Assembly: GCA_964252035.1 (NCBI GenBank)
Contig: OZ176205.1
Strand: one strand, 5' to 3'
Source of the DNA: Podarcis erhardii
Taxonomy: Eukaryota
Length of the DNA: 64,000 nt
Position numbers and translations under genes: made by a program
In this document: piece by piece, positions 51,407 through 62,498 of the stretch
Numbering within the stretch: position 1 is the first letter of the stretch
Layout: each line of letters starts with the position of its first letter
Notes under the pieces: generated by a model
What the model was told of the DNA's origin: nothing
The model's input: the letters and a program-made list of their open reading frames with translations, nothing else
Databases searched by the model: none

Positions 51407-53253
51407 TTTTTTTTTTTAAATAATTTTTATTGGGTTTTTACATTTTATAACAACAGACACACACACAAAGACAAAGACAGACAAACACACAAATACAATT
51501 ACATACCCTAAGTTTCTTTACCCACTTTCGTTGACTTCCCCCCACCCCCTCCTCTTACATCCCAATTCCACAATTAATTCAGCAAGTTCTTGTCTAACCT
51601 CTTAAAGATATTCACATTGCTTTTAAAAATTAAATTCTTTTGTTTATCTATATTCAACTATCCAATTCTCTTATAATCATTAATTTCTTTTTTTTTAAGG
51701 TCGATCTAACTTCCCCTTCACAAATTTTCCCTTTATTATATTAATTATAGGTCACATTGACCAAGTAAAACAAAACATAACATTTTATAATTCTATTCTC
51801 TCCCCCCCCTGCCCCGGTTTCTGTCCCTTCCTAGACAAATGTCCAGAAAACAAACAAAAAATATTTCTAGCCCGGATTCCTCACGTCCGAGGCGTCTGAT
51901 TCTCTGTCAGTCCCTCTCTGCCAGCTATATTGGTAGTCCTCTTTGATGGTCCTAAGACCCCGAAGGAGTTCAGTCAGAGTCAGATCATATTTTCTTTCAT
52001 TCAGAATGTTGAAGAGTGTTTGCTGCGAAAGGCCATCTAGTTTTCCATACTCAAGAGAAAAGTCCCAATCATATTGCTTTGTTCTTTCTAGTTTTAATAT
52101 TCCAAGTACTCCAGGGGCTTCTCTCTTCTTCTTTCTCATCTTTCGCAGGTCTGTAATCCAGAAGTCTTCTTGCTCATACTCTAACGCTGCAGATTCCTGG
52201 TTGATGTTTTCCACTTGTAGTGTCTGAACTCCTTCTTTTTTCTCTGTCAATTCCAAAGGCATCTCTTCCTGCTCAGCTGCAGAATTTTTATCATACATCT
52301 CCTTTGTGCATTCAGCAGAGTTGTTTGTTTCAGGATTCAAGGTCATAAAAACTTTACTCAGAGCCATACTCTGCTCCTGCAGGATTCCCACGAGAAAGAA
52401 CATTTTTTCTATCTCCGCCAGTAATTTTCCCTCTGCAGCCATTGTAATGTCGCTAATTCCCCCTAGGGGGCTTTCAGTTATTTAGTAGTCCTTTTCCAAT
52501 AATCTGTTACTTTGTTATTATCAATACTTTGTTTCCAATCGCCTCAGTCCAAATGTATCAGCTTTAATTCCAAGAGTTATTAAATAGCAAAATTCTTTAC
52601 TTTGTCCGCCCGTTTGACAGCTTCTTTGACAGCTGTCAAACTCCTTTCACTTCTTCCTCCGGGACCCAAATAGGACACTCCCGGGTTTTTTGGGGGGGAT
52701 ACACACAAAGTTCCAAATTCCCTTTCTCTCCAGCACAAAAATCTTGTTCTATCAAATTTGTGAGAAACTTTTAAATCATCAAAACAGTATTCATTCCGCC
52801 TTAATTCTCCGTTCCTTGCTTTGAAACGTCTATAAGTAGAGGGGGTGCGGACTTCCCTTTAACACATCCCCCGATCGTGCCGAATTCACAGGATAAAATT
52901 TTTAAAGTCCAAATTCCACTACTCACGGGTCCTTTGTTATCCAGTCCAAATTTTGGGAAGAAAGTCAGCGCTCTCCGGCCATGGCTTGCGGCTTCGCTCT
53001 ACTGAGGTAGCGGTCTACTCTCAGCACCACGCCACTCTCCGTACCCTCTCCGCAGCCTTTAAAAAGGCTCTTCGTGGGTCGGGGAGGGCGCTTAAGGTGC
53101 CCACCGAGTCACCAAGTCCGCAGGCTTCCGCGCCTGCGGTTTCTGAGGGTCCCCGTGTCGCCGGCACGGCAAGACCCGTCCTCAGCAGAGCCGATTCCCT
53201 CCGGAGCTCGGAGGGAATCCGCCATTAGCCGTTCGCGCTAACCCGGAAGTCCC
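51407..53253 (-). mobile_element. full-length non-autonomous L1-type (HAL1-like) retroposon with 17-bp TSD
   Basis: TSD CTGGCTCATAGCTTTCT occurs at 51390-51406 and 53254-53270. The poly(A) reads as a T-run at about 51406-51417 and is preceded on the - strand by AATAAA. The 5' end begins GGGACTTCCGG and is CpG-rich. The 3' UTR has G-rich tracts. There is a single 191-aa ORF and no RT or endonuclease. Confidence 0.88.
51867..52442 (-). CDS. 191-aa ORF of unknown function inside the retroposon
   Basis: Uninterrupted ATG-to-stop ORF (MAAEGKLLAEIEKMFF...DVRNPG) placed between the long 5' UTR and the 3' UTR of the element. It has an acidic N-half and a basic RKMRKKKR patch. No homologue is recognisable by eye. 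Confidence 0.6.
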   Translation of the reverse strand: MAAEGKLLAEIEKMFFLVGILQEQSMALSKVFMTLNPETNNSAECTKEMYDKNSAAEQEEMPLELTEKKEGVQTLQVENINQESAALEYEQEDFWITDLRKMRKKKREAPGVLGILKLERTKQYDWDFSLEYGKLDGLSQQTLFNILNERKYDLTLTELLRGLRTIKEDYQYSWQRGTDRESDASDVRNPG

Positions 53254-55179
53254 CTGGCTCATAGCTTTCTACCACAACACAAGTTCTGATATTCTGTTAA
53301 GGGCACGTACTCTGCAATGTGCGTTTCTGGAAGAGGAAGGGTAGGAAATTTCTCATTGTCCAGATTTTGTTGCAGTCCTAAAGAGGTGTGATGCCCCCAA
53401 TAAAAGAAGCTTTGTTCCCCTCCCCTTTAAAAGCTAGCCTCATCCCACCCTCTCCCATTAAAAGCTGCTTTCAGGATTTCTAATTGTACTCTGGGAAGAA
53501 TGTTTGCTGCCTTCCAACATGGTCCCAGGCTCCTGCCTGCACAATAATCAAGCACAGCTTGCTGCCTAACACTAATAGCAAAGCCTTGTCGAAAGAGTGC
53601 TGAGTTACTAACCTCAAATGGGGGTCTTTTAAAAAGCACAGGCTGCTTCCTGCTCTTCTTGCTTCATTCTTGAGAATGTGATCCTAAAGGCTGGTTGGGC
53701 AAGGGTGCATGATCTTGCTCACAGATTGCCCAGCTTTGCTTGAAGAAGGGAAATATCGTTAAGTTTTAAAGAGATCCAATTTAGTACTTGCAGATACTGT
53801 TGCGCTAGTATCTCTGTGTGGGGCAAACATCATGAGGTGTTAGAAGACAATAAAAAAAGGGGGGGGGGGAATCAGTTCCTCTGTCTGCCTCAACAAAATT
53901 TGATTATTCAGTCTTTATACTAAAGTAGCCAGCCATGGAGAGAAAGCTTGGAACCGGTTACAGTTTGTTAAACAGCTGCATGTTAAAGTTATTTAATATT
54001 AAGAGCTTTGGCTTTTTTGTGCTTCGAGCTCTGCCTACTAGAGAAAAAGAAGCTATGTAATAAGTTTGAGTTGTGTGGTCTGTTGCTGGACTGAGGGATA
54101 GCTTTCCTTGTTAAAACAGGAAGGAGAGAGAGAAAATCCACATCTCTTGTGCCTCTGTCATCTCTCCCATCACATCTTGCTGCAAACCTGGGAACAGGCA
54201 AAGCTAAGAGAGAACCTGTCGCTATTCCACGCCCAACCATTCCTAGTAGGTACTGCTTCAGGTTGGGGAGAAAAAGGGGGGAAATCAAATGATACACACA
54301 CTAAAGAAAAAATATTCTTCAAGGGTTGGAAACTTGCAATAGGTGACTTGGGAGTGGGTAGGTGCTTCCTCTGCTCATTGGGGCTCGATTTGGATGATTT
54401 TAAAGTTAAATTCCAGCTGTGTAGTTTTCCAATTATATGAATACATAATAACTCAGAATTTGCTCATATTTCATGTTTACATCTATTTTTTCCTACCCTC
54501 GTTTTCCGTTTTTACCTTCTGATTGATTCCTAGATTCTAAAAAACTGAAACCAGAAATTTCTGTGACTGTATGAAATCCCTTCTACATTCATGACACCAG
54601 ATGTTTTAAATGGAAAATTGCTTTAAACAACTTATAATGTCTTCTGTGTTCTTAAAAGTAAACTTAAAATAGGGGATCTGAGGGTGCATATTCATCTTTG
54701 AAAAAGACCTTGCTATCTGAAAAAACACCTGTTTCTACATGAACCAATCCATGTGTTATGATATGCATCGGAGGCTCTTTACTAGCAGGCCGTACAATCA
54801 GAGATTAGGCAGGTAGCAACCACAGAACTGTTACTTTCAGTGGTGCTGTCCTGGTTCTGGAATCTCTTGCTGTGACTGCTCACTTGGTACCTGTTGTGAT
54901 AAGTCCTTTTTATTTGCCCAGTCATTTAAGTTGTTTTTAGCAGCTATTTTATTTTAATTTTTGTTTTACTCTGTTTTGTGTGACAATTTTTACTGGCTTG
55001 CTATTTTTCTGTAGATTTTTATACACTGTTTTGAAAACTTTGATTTAAAAGCTGCTTCGGAAAAAGTTGAATTAATTAGCATGCATTTGGTTTAATCACA
55101 TGCAGGATACTGCATGCTTGCCCCAATCTGAAAAAAGAAACGTGATGCACCAGGGCCTTGACAAGGTGCCATATCTATC

Positions 55180-55690
55180 AGCCTTCTTTTACCCTGGTGC
55201 ACTCCAGATGTTTTGAACAACAACTCCTATCATCCCTGACCATTGGCTGTGCTGACTGGGACTGAAGGGAGGTTGAGCGCAGTGGTTCCCAAACTTTATG
55301 CCCCTGCAGATCACTTGACACTTGCTGTGGGTCTTAGTGGACCCCTTAATTATTTTTCTGCCTGTGGTCACAGTTGTAATGTGCTATGCCAGATGCTACA
55401 TGATTTTTAATTGCATATTTATTACTTCTTTTATTTTTATATAGTGTATTTTGTAGTAATACAACTGAATTCCATCGTTTCAGATTGTAATATGATTATA
55501 TACAATATATAAGAAATAAACAATTAATTAAATGCAAGTAATATGAGTATTTAATACAATAGATGTGCTGTCTCCCATCTTCAAATTAATAGATGTGCTG
55601 CAGAATACTCAAATGAGGCTCATGAACCGTTGTTGGTCCATGGTGTAATCCAAAACATCTGGAGAGTACTAGGTTGGAGAAGGATGTGTT
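55180..55690. mobile_element. short DNA element with a nested hAT-like insert starting CAGTGGTTCCCAAACTT (about 55279)
   Basis: The host motif ctccagatgttttgaacaacaactcctatcatccctgacc stops at about 55275 and resumes as tgtaatccaaaacatctggagag at about 55645. Confidence 0.5.
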
Positions 55691-57029
55691 ATGTGTTGCC
55701 TTGACATTTCGTATGTGTAGGAAGGACTTTGTGGCTATTTAAAGTACTTTTCAGGTAGCCTCTATTAGGGAATCTAGTTCGTAGCATACTGAAAAAGCAG
55801 GCCCTCTTACACCCCAGGGCAATTGAGGTGGTGAGGAAGTTGCAACACGTTTGTCCTTCCAGTCACATGGCTTCTCACTTTGAAGTTTTGGGTCGGACCT
55901 CTAGTCACTGTTCTGATTTTATGCCCCTATTAATTTTTTCCAATCTTCTTTCCAGTGCCATATGTCCCTGAAGATGTGAAGTTGCTTGATGGCATAACCT
56001 GTGCATTACACATGTTCCTTCCTTTTCCATACCACTTTTTATGACCAACGGCTCTACCTTTTCTTATCTTCTGTTGACTTCTGCCTTTCTACTCCAATAC
56101 ACATCTGGCCCCTTTTCACAGGAGTCTCTGTAGACTAGAACCTCTGGGGATAGGGAGGGATGCCTTTTGTTCTGAAAAAGCACCAGCCTATCTTCAAACC
56201 CTAAATGGTCATCTGTATGTGTTGAACTATTTTCTTGTGGGATTATTTCTGCTGTGCAGGAGGCAGTTAGATTTAGAGATTATCCAGATATTTGAAGTCT
56301 TGGGTGTTTTCCTTTTCCCTAGTCCCAGTGCAGTGAACGCTGTAATCTGTCCAAATATAATAGATGAGTGTGTAAGGTAGTTTAGTTGCAGAGGGATAGC
56401 CTGTTTGCTGTCTTGTTTTTTTTCCTGACAAAAATTAATGGAGCACTGGAGATATGTGCATTTCAGCCACGGAGAAGGGCGCATATTTTTAGAACAATCT
56501 AAAAAATGGCAGACATTGATGTTAGAAGCTGTTTTTATGGATAGCTTCAAGGAAGGCTTGGCAGACCACAGGCTTGATAGATCTTTGTTTTTTAGTAGAA
56601 CCATGAGAACCACCAGCCACATGCAGGTGCAAAATGGGGGCACAAGCAGGCTTCTGCAATCTGCACACTTCTCATTTAAGGCCTCTGAGCAGAGCAATTT
56701 GGTTTCAGGCCTAGAACTGATCTCTTGGTCATTTCACATGCAAATCCAGTCCTGGATACCCCTCAAGCTGTCTTTCTCTCAGTAACTTGAATTTCTAAAG
56801 GGTGTGTGTGTGGACTTTTAATGGCTTCTGTTGTTCAATATCTAGCAGTTAATTCCACCCTGATAAATCACCTAAAGATTTGTCCATGGATCCTGATCTG
56901 CCTTCTGCCTATCTCTGACTCACAGGACACACCAGTCAAGAAACTAGTCAATAACTTTATTAACTCTCTCAAAATAACAGAACAGGCACAGACGCTTCCT
57001 GCTACTAGTGCCACCAGGTGATTTAACTA

Positions 57030-57288
57030 CCGTATTTTTTGCTCTATAAGACTCACCTTTTCCCTCCTAAATAGTAAGGGGAAATGTGTGTGCGTCTTAT
57101 GGAGCGAATGCAGGCTGCGCAGCTATCCCAGAAGCCAGAACAGCAAGAGGGAGTGCTGCTTTCGCTGCGCAGCGATCCCTCTTGCTGTTCTGGCTTCTGA
57201 GATTCAGAATTTTTTTCTTCTTGTTTTCCTCCTCCAAAAACTAGGCGCGTCTTGTGGTCTGGTGCGTCTTATAGAGCGAAAAATACGG
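57030..57288. mobile_element. Tigger/pogo-like MITE, same termini as 6763-7324
   Basis: Termini are TA|CCGTATTTTTTGCTCTATAAGAC ... CTTATAGAGCGAAAAATACGG|TA. An internal 24-bp perfect inverted repeat is present. Confidence 0.88.
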
Positions 57289-58685
57289 TATATTGTGACA
57301 CTGTCCACAGAAGTGACTAGAATTTTGATGTTGACTTACTTTTTTGTTTTAGCACCACTTAGCTATACAGCGAGGGGACGCAGCCTCAGAAGTTTTGGGG
57401 GAGGGGAGTTATTATAATGCTAACCTTTTTAAAAGGCCACATAATGGAGCAAATACTTGAGGGTGTGTATTTGTGTCTTGGCATTGTTGACATCAAACTT
57501 GCTATGCATTATGTGCCCTTGTGAATGTTTGAAGTACTGTTCTTAATTGCATTAAACCCAATAACTTTTCCATTTGGCATTATATTGTGTTCTAGAAAAT
57601 TCAGTGTCCCTGAAACAGACACCCTTTGTTGATGGACGATGTCTGGATCACGTGCAACGAAAGAACAAGAGTTGAAGAGTTATATTCAGTTTTGATAAAT
57701 GGATAACTTTGAAAGGCCAGTTATGATTTCCAAGAATTGATTAATCTTCACAAAAGAATAAACTTCAGCAAAGAGCAAATCAATTTTGAAGGAGCTTTAT
57801 CTTGGATTATAATTATTGGGGGGGGAAATAGGGATGTAGATTTGATCTAAGCATCTAAACTGGTATTATCAACAATTGATAGTAAAAGAAAACTACAAAA
57901 GAGCACTTAGTGTCTATTTAAAATGAGAATCATGTCCCACTCTGCTATGCCTCTTCATTGTGTGTGGCTGTATAATTGCATTTGTCATCTACATGCTGAC
58001 ATACTACATACTTTCAACCACAGTATTTAGAATTTGACAATTGACTGGTTTAGTGTTCTTTGCCCACAATGTAAAAGATTCCATGATTCAATGAAACAGA
58101 GTGTGTCATGGCTAATCTGCTGTTTACTACCCTTGGTCTTATGCAGTTAGAAACTTGAATTGCATAATGCAAAGGCCACCAAAATAAATAATTCTGGATT
58201 TCAGGGCCTGGACTCCTGAATCAGAAAACTGTCTTTACCACTATCAGTGCCTGGGAGGGATACTATTAGAGGACCATGAATGATCTGTCTGTTTTTTGTT
58301 ACCAGATGCAAGAAACAAGCTTGTGTTAATAAAGCAAATGAGCTAATGTTTTCATCTGCCCTCATCTCTCCCTGTAGGGTTGGGGAAATGGATTGCTACA
58401 ATTAGAGGACTCTTACAATTCTTGAGATAGTTCTATTTCTCAAACCTGTTCTGACGTCTTTCTGTCTCACTTATGTATTACTTCTGGAGGAGGACCTGCT
58501 CTTGGGTAGGGCTGATACTAGGCAGCAGCATTTAGTATCTCCTAGGGGGAAACCTCCATGAGAACTTAGCTTCCACATCATGTCTGTCCTGAGGGAATTT
58601 CTCAGTCTCATCTAATATTTCTTTGACTTGGGTGAAAGGTTTCTGAGAGTGACATTTGGAGCTTTTTGCTCTGGGGTTAAGCCTG

Positions 58686-58830
58686 TAGGGTTGCCATAAG
58701 TTGAAGAGCAAAAAAGAGGACACATTTGCCAACTTCTAATTTTAACTATGGCTCACTATGATGACTTTCATTTTACATACCCATGAAAAAGAGGATATGT
58801 CCTGGAAAAAGAGGACACATGGCAACCCTA
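58686..58830. mobile_element. hAT-Tip100-like MITE
   Basis: TIR TAGGGTTGCCA ... TGGCAACCCTA, with three AAAAAGAGGA(C/T) subterminal repeats. Confidence 0.7.
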
Positions 58831-58972
58831 AGAAGGGTACAACTGCATGCTCAGAAGGACATTGCTTTCATGCTTGGAAGATTATTTTTTTTACTAGGTC
58901 CAAGGAAATGAAGGAGACTTCAGCTTCCCTATAAAGAAGGCAGTCCAGAACCTTTGCTTCCAGCCCCTCCCT

Positions 58973-59011
58973 CCCTTCCTTCCTTCCTTCCTTCCTTCCT
59001 TCCTTCCTTCC
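58973..59011. repeat. (CCTT)n microsatellite
   Basis: Direct reading of the sequence. Confidence 0.97.
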
Positions 59012-60457
59012 ATTTTTTCTATCCTTTTCTTCATCGCCAGGTGATCCCGGGGTGAGTCACATGGTAAAAGTACACAAATAAAATACAACATTCATACCAA
59101 ATAAACAATATAAATTATATAGTTCACTACATCTGCTCCTTTTTAAAAATAAACCAGGGGGCTCCATATCTCATCCACCAACCCCAAGCCCCCAAGGCTT
59201 AGAGAAAAAGAAAAGTGTTTTTTATCATTTTAATTTTGTTTAATAAAATAAAGCAAATATAAAGAGCAAAAAGCAATACAGTTTCAGCAGGTTGAAAGCA
59301 GCACAAGGTTGCACATTATAATTGATCTTGTTCTAAAACATTACAAAAAATACCCCCCAAAACCTGTTATGCTGGTTTATATGTATTTTTTTGTACTAAG
59401 TTACTTAAGCATAGTTACTATGGACCAAATTTTATCAATCTATTCAGATATAGTAGGAAATTGGCTTCTCCCTCTTCTACCTGCAGGATTCTCCTTTGCA
59501 TCCTGTCTATGAACAGAAGGAGCATATCTCTGATACGTTAGGATATCATATGCCCCTGGAAAATAAAATATTTCTGCTTAGTTAACTAAAATACGTCATT
59601 CCAGAAAATGATGAAGAAATAGTGTTTAGCCTTATAATTGCTGCTAATATAACAGCTAAAAAATAGGAGGGGAGCATTTTTCACCCATTTCCCTATTTCC
59701 CCATAAGTCCGCTATGCTGCTTTTTGTGCTGCTTTCAAGAGTCCCCCAGCCCTCCCAAATACATTTGGAGGAACACCAAGGTGAATTGGCAAGAGATTAC
59801 CCTGTCCTCCACACACTACCAGGAATGTTTTTAGCAGAAGTCTGCTCAAGGGATGCTCCCACCAGTGGGAGGAAACTTAGGCTCCCAGCCAGTATGTCCT
59901 GATGGTAGTTTTAAACAATGCTGTATTTTATTTTATTTTTAGAGAAAACTGCTCATGAATTAGAAAAACATTTTATTTTAAGTTCAATGGTGAAGTCTGA
60001 GTTTGTCTTTTGTGATCCAGAATGCTCTACTTCAATGCTACTTTGAGGACATCTGTGCCTAGGGCAGTAGAGCTTTTTCTACTTGATAAATAATTGCCAT
60101 GACTGCCCATAAAGTTTCATCAGTTTCAATGAATTGTAGAAGCTCATTTGGTTTCCTCCAGTTCATCTTTGGGCATCAGTGCTTACTCCATGTTTTATAT
60201 CCCTATGACAGTTTAATTGGGAGTTGGCTGATGGTTTGCCAATTCCTGTTGTACCTTGTTTGTCAAGTGCAGCAGTTCTTTTCTACTATTGGTCTCCTTT
60301 CCACCTCTCATCTCTATTGGCTATGGGATATGAATCTGTGGGTGGGAATCTCCATAGAAATAACCTTTAATCTAGTCTTGTAATAAAATATTCCTATGTC
60401 CTCTTATTTATTATTTGTTATCTTTTGCAGATATCTTTTGTGTAATGACAATAAAGA

Positions 60458-60492
<35 letters not shown>
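60458..60492. repeat. (TCTA)n microsatellite
   Basis: Direct reading of the sequence. Confidence 0.97.
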
Positions 60493-61826
60493 AAGTTGAC
60501 TCGCCCCAGAGGTCACCAAGAACTTTTGCACATTACTTTTTTGTTAATATTATCTTTGACTTTTACTAGGAAATATGATACGGCTTCTGAAGTGGAGCAA
60601 AACCTCTTTTGTGAAACAGTCACTTAGGAATGTTTAACTACATTTACACAAGGATTCATGGCACTGAATGAAATCACAGTTTATGTAACAAAGACCTGCA
60701 TGTGTCCAAGTACATAACTTCTTAGAGAAGAAAAGACAAAGATGATGCATATTCCCTTTCTTTTTGAGTTTTCTATGAGTTCTTTATACTCCTGTCTGGA
60801 AGATTTCCGTAGTTTTGAAGGCTGCCCTGAATTTACTGTGGAGAAGAAAAATATTCACATGCTTAGAATTTGCTATCTCTGACATAAGTCTGCGAATAAG
60901 CTCTGAGACTACTGGTCCCCATTTTCTCTTTTTTTGTCTCAGTCCTTGTTTATTCAGAAGATACATACAGGCAAAATAGTGGATTACTAACTCTTTCATT
61001 GCTAAGGTGATATGGAGCTGGCAGAGTGCCACTGAGAAATGTTCTGGATGTGAGCCCAGAAAAGAAGTTTCTGAGGGGTCTAGTCAGGCATTTTCATGGG
61101 AAAGGAAATTTTACTGAAAATGCAGTACCTGAATTACATAACTTGCTAAACACTCTAAATCAAAGGATGGCATTCATGACTGAAGACTGTTTATATGAAT
61201 GTTTGCTCCGTGAGAAAAATATAAAGCAATTGGCTATAAAGTATCTTTATTGATATAATAGATGCATGGAAGTTATTCTAGTTAAGGCTTTCATGTTGGA
61301 TATTATCTGTAAGAAATAGCAAGGAGAAATAAATAATGTTGGTTGGATGTTATAAACAGCCAGCCCATTAAGTAGTTGTGTGCAAACCATGGTAAGGCCA
61401 CTGGGTAAACTGTCATCAAGACTCAGTTTGGGATGGGAGGTTTCTTTCTCCCCAGAAACCAAAATAATCACTGTACAGGTGAACTGTGGCAGCACTTCTC
61501 ATCTACACCTACCTGTTCCTCTGTAATATTTTTCTGGGAAAGTTATTATCCATTGTCTATTGTATATATACACACACACACACATATCCCAAGGGCCTTA
61601 CAAGGGCACTCCAGTATTCAGATTGTTACCCAAAGAAACTCACACTGTGCTCTTGTGTATTTCAGAAAACATGTTAGTTTCTGAGCCAACTCTACTAGGC
61701 AAGAGAGCTGTCTTCTAGCAGAATAGAACTAGGGTTGCAATGGTAAATAGTTCCCCTAGCATATTTCAACTATATCCTGCCCAGACAGTCATTTTAATTC
61801 CATAAGGGTTTATTCCTTAAACATTA

Positions 61827-62183
61827 CCATATTTTTCCATGTATAAGATGACATTTTTTCTGATTATTTTTTTTTGTGATAAATTGAGGGTCGTCTTATA
61901 CACGGGTTAATATGCTAAGTGAGCAAGGGCTGGTGCTATGGCAGTAGCAGGGAAATGTCAGAGAGGAGGCAGCTTACCTGCTCTTCCCGGTTTAGGAAGA
62001 GTATTTGGTGAGTGCCAGTATGTGGTGTATTATGGCACCAGTCCCATCAGCCAGAGCGGGGGATCATCAAAAAGCTGCTCAACAGCTCAGCGAACTTACA
62101 AAAGAAGCTCCACAACTGTTGAGGGCTCCCAAAAATAGGGGTTGTCTTATACATGGGGTCGTCTTATACACGGAAAAATACGG
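61827..62183. mobile_element. Tigger/pogo-like MITE, related termini
   Basis: Termini are TA|CCATATTTTTCCATGTATAAGA ... TCTTATACACGGAAAAATACGG|TA, with subterminal GTCTTATAC repeats. Confidence 0.82.
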
Positions 62184-62242
62184 TAATCTGTAATCTGCAG
62201 ACATGTATACGCATATGTCCCAAGGAAACGTTGTAACAGTCC

Positions 62243-62498
62243 TAGAATCATAGAATTGTAGAGTTGGAAGGTATCCAGAGGGTCATCTAGTCCAACCTCC
62301 TGCAATGCAGGAATCTTAACTAGATTATACATGACAGATGGCCATCCAACCTCTGCTTAAAAAAACTCCAAAGGAGGAGAGGCCACCACCTCTTGTGGAA
62401 GTCTATTCCACTGTGGAGCAACTCTTACTGTCAGAAATTATTCCTGATGTTTAGTCAAAATCTCCTTTCTTGTAACTTGAATCCATTGGTTCAGGTCC
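62243..62498 (-). mobile_element. CR1 3' fragment
   Basis: Begins tagaatcatagaat (the inverted ATTCTATG tail), followed by sequence resembling the reverse complement of the 3' end of the CR1 at 34681-36442. Confidence 0.8.

Noticed and set aside
56227-56785. Overlapping 156-aa (-) and 115-aa (+) ORFs
   Set aside because: There are no recognisable motifs or splice framing, and both are consistent with chance in intronic DNA.
61026-61253. 75-aa ORF that looks superficially protein-like
   Set aside because: It has a TTG/GTG-type start, no flanking transposon ends or splice sites, and no motif I can name. A BLASTX search would be needed to revive it.
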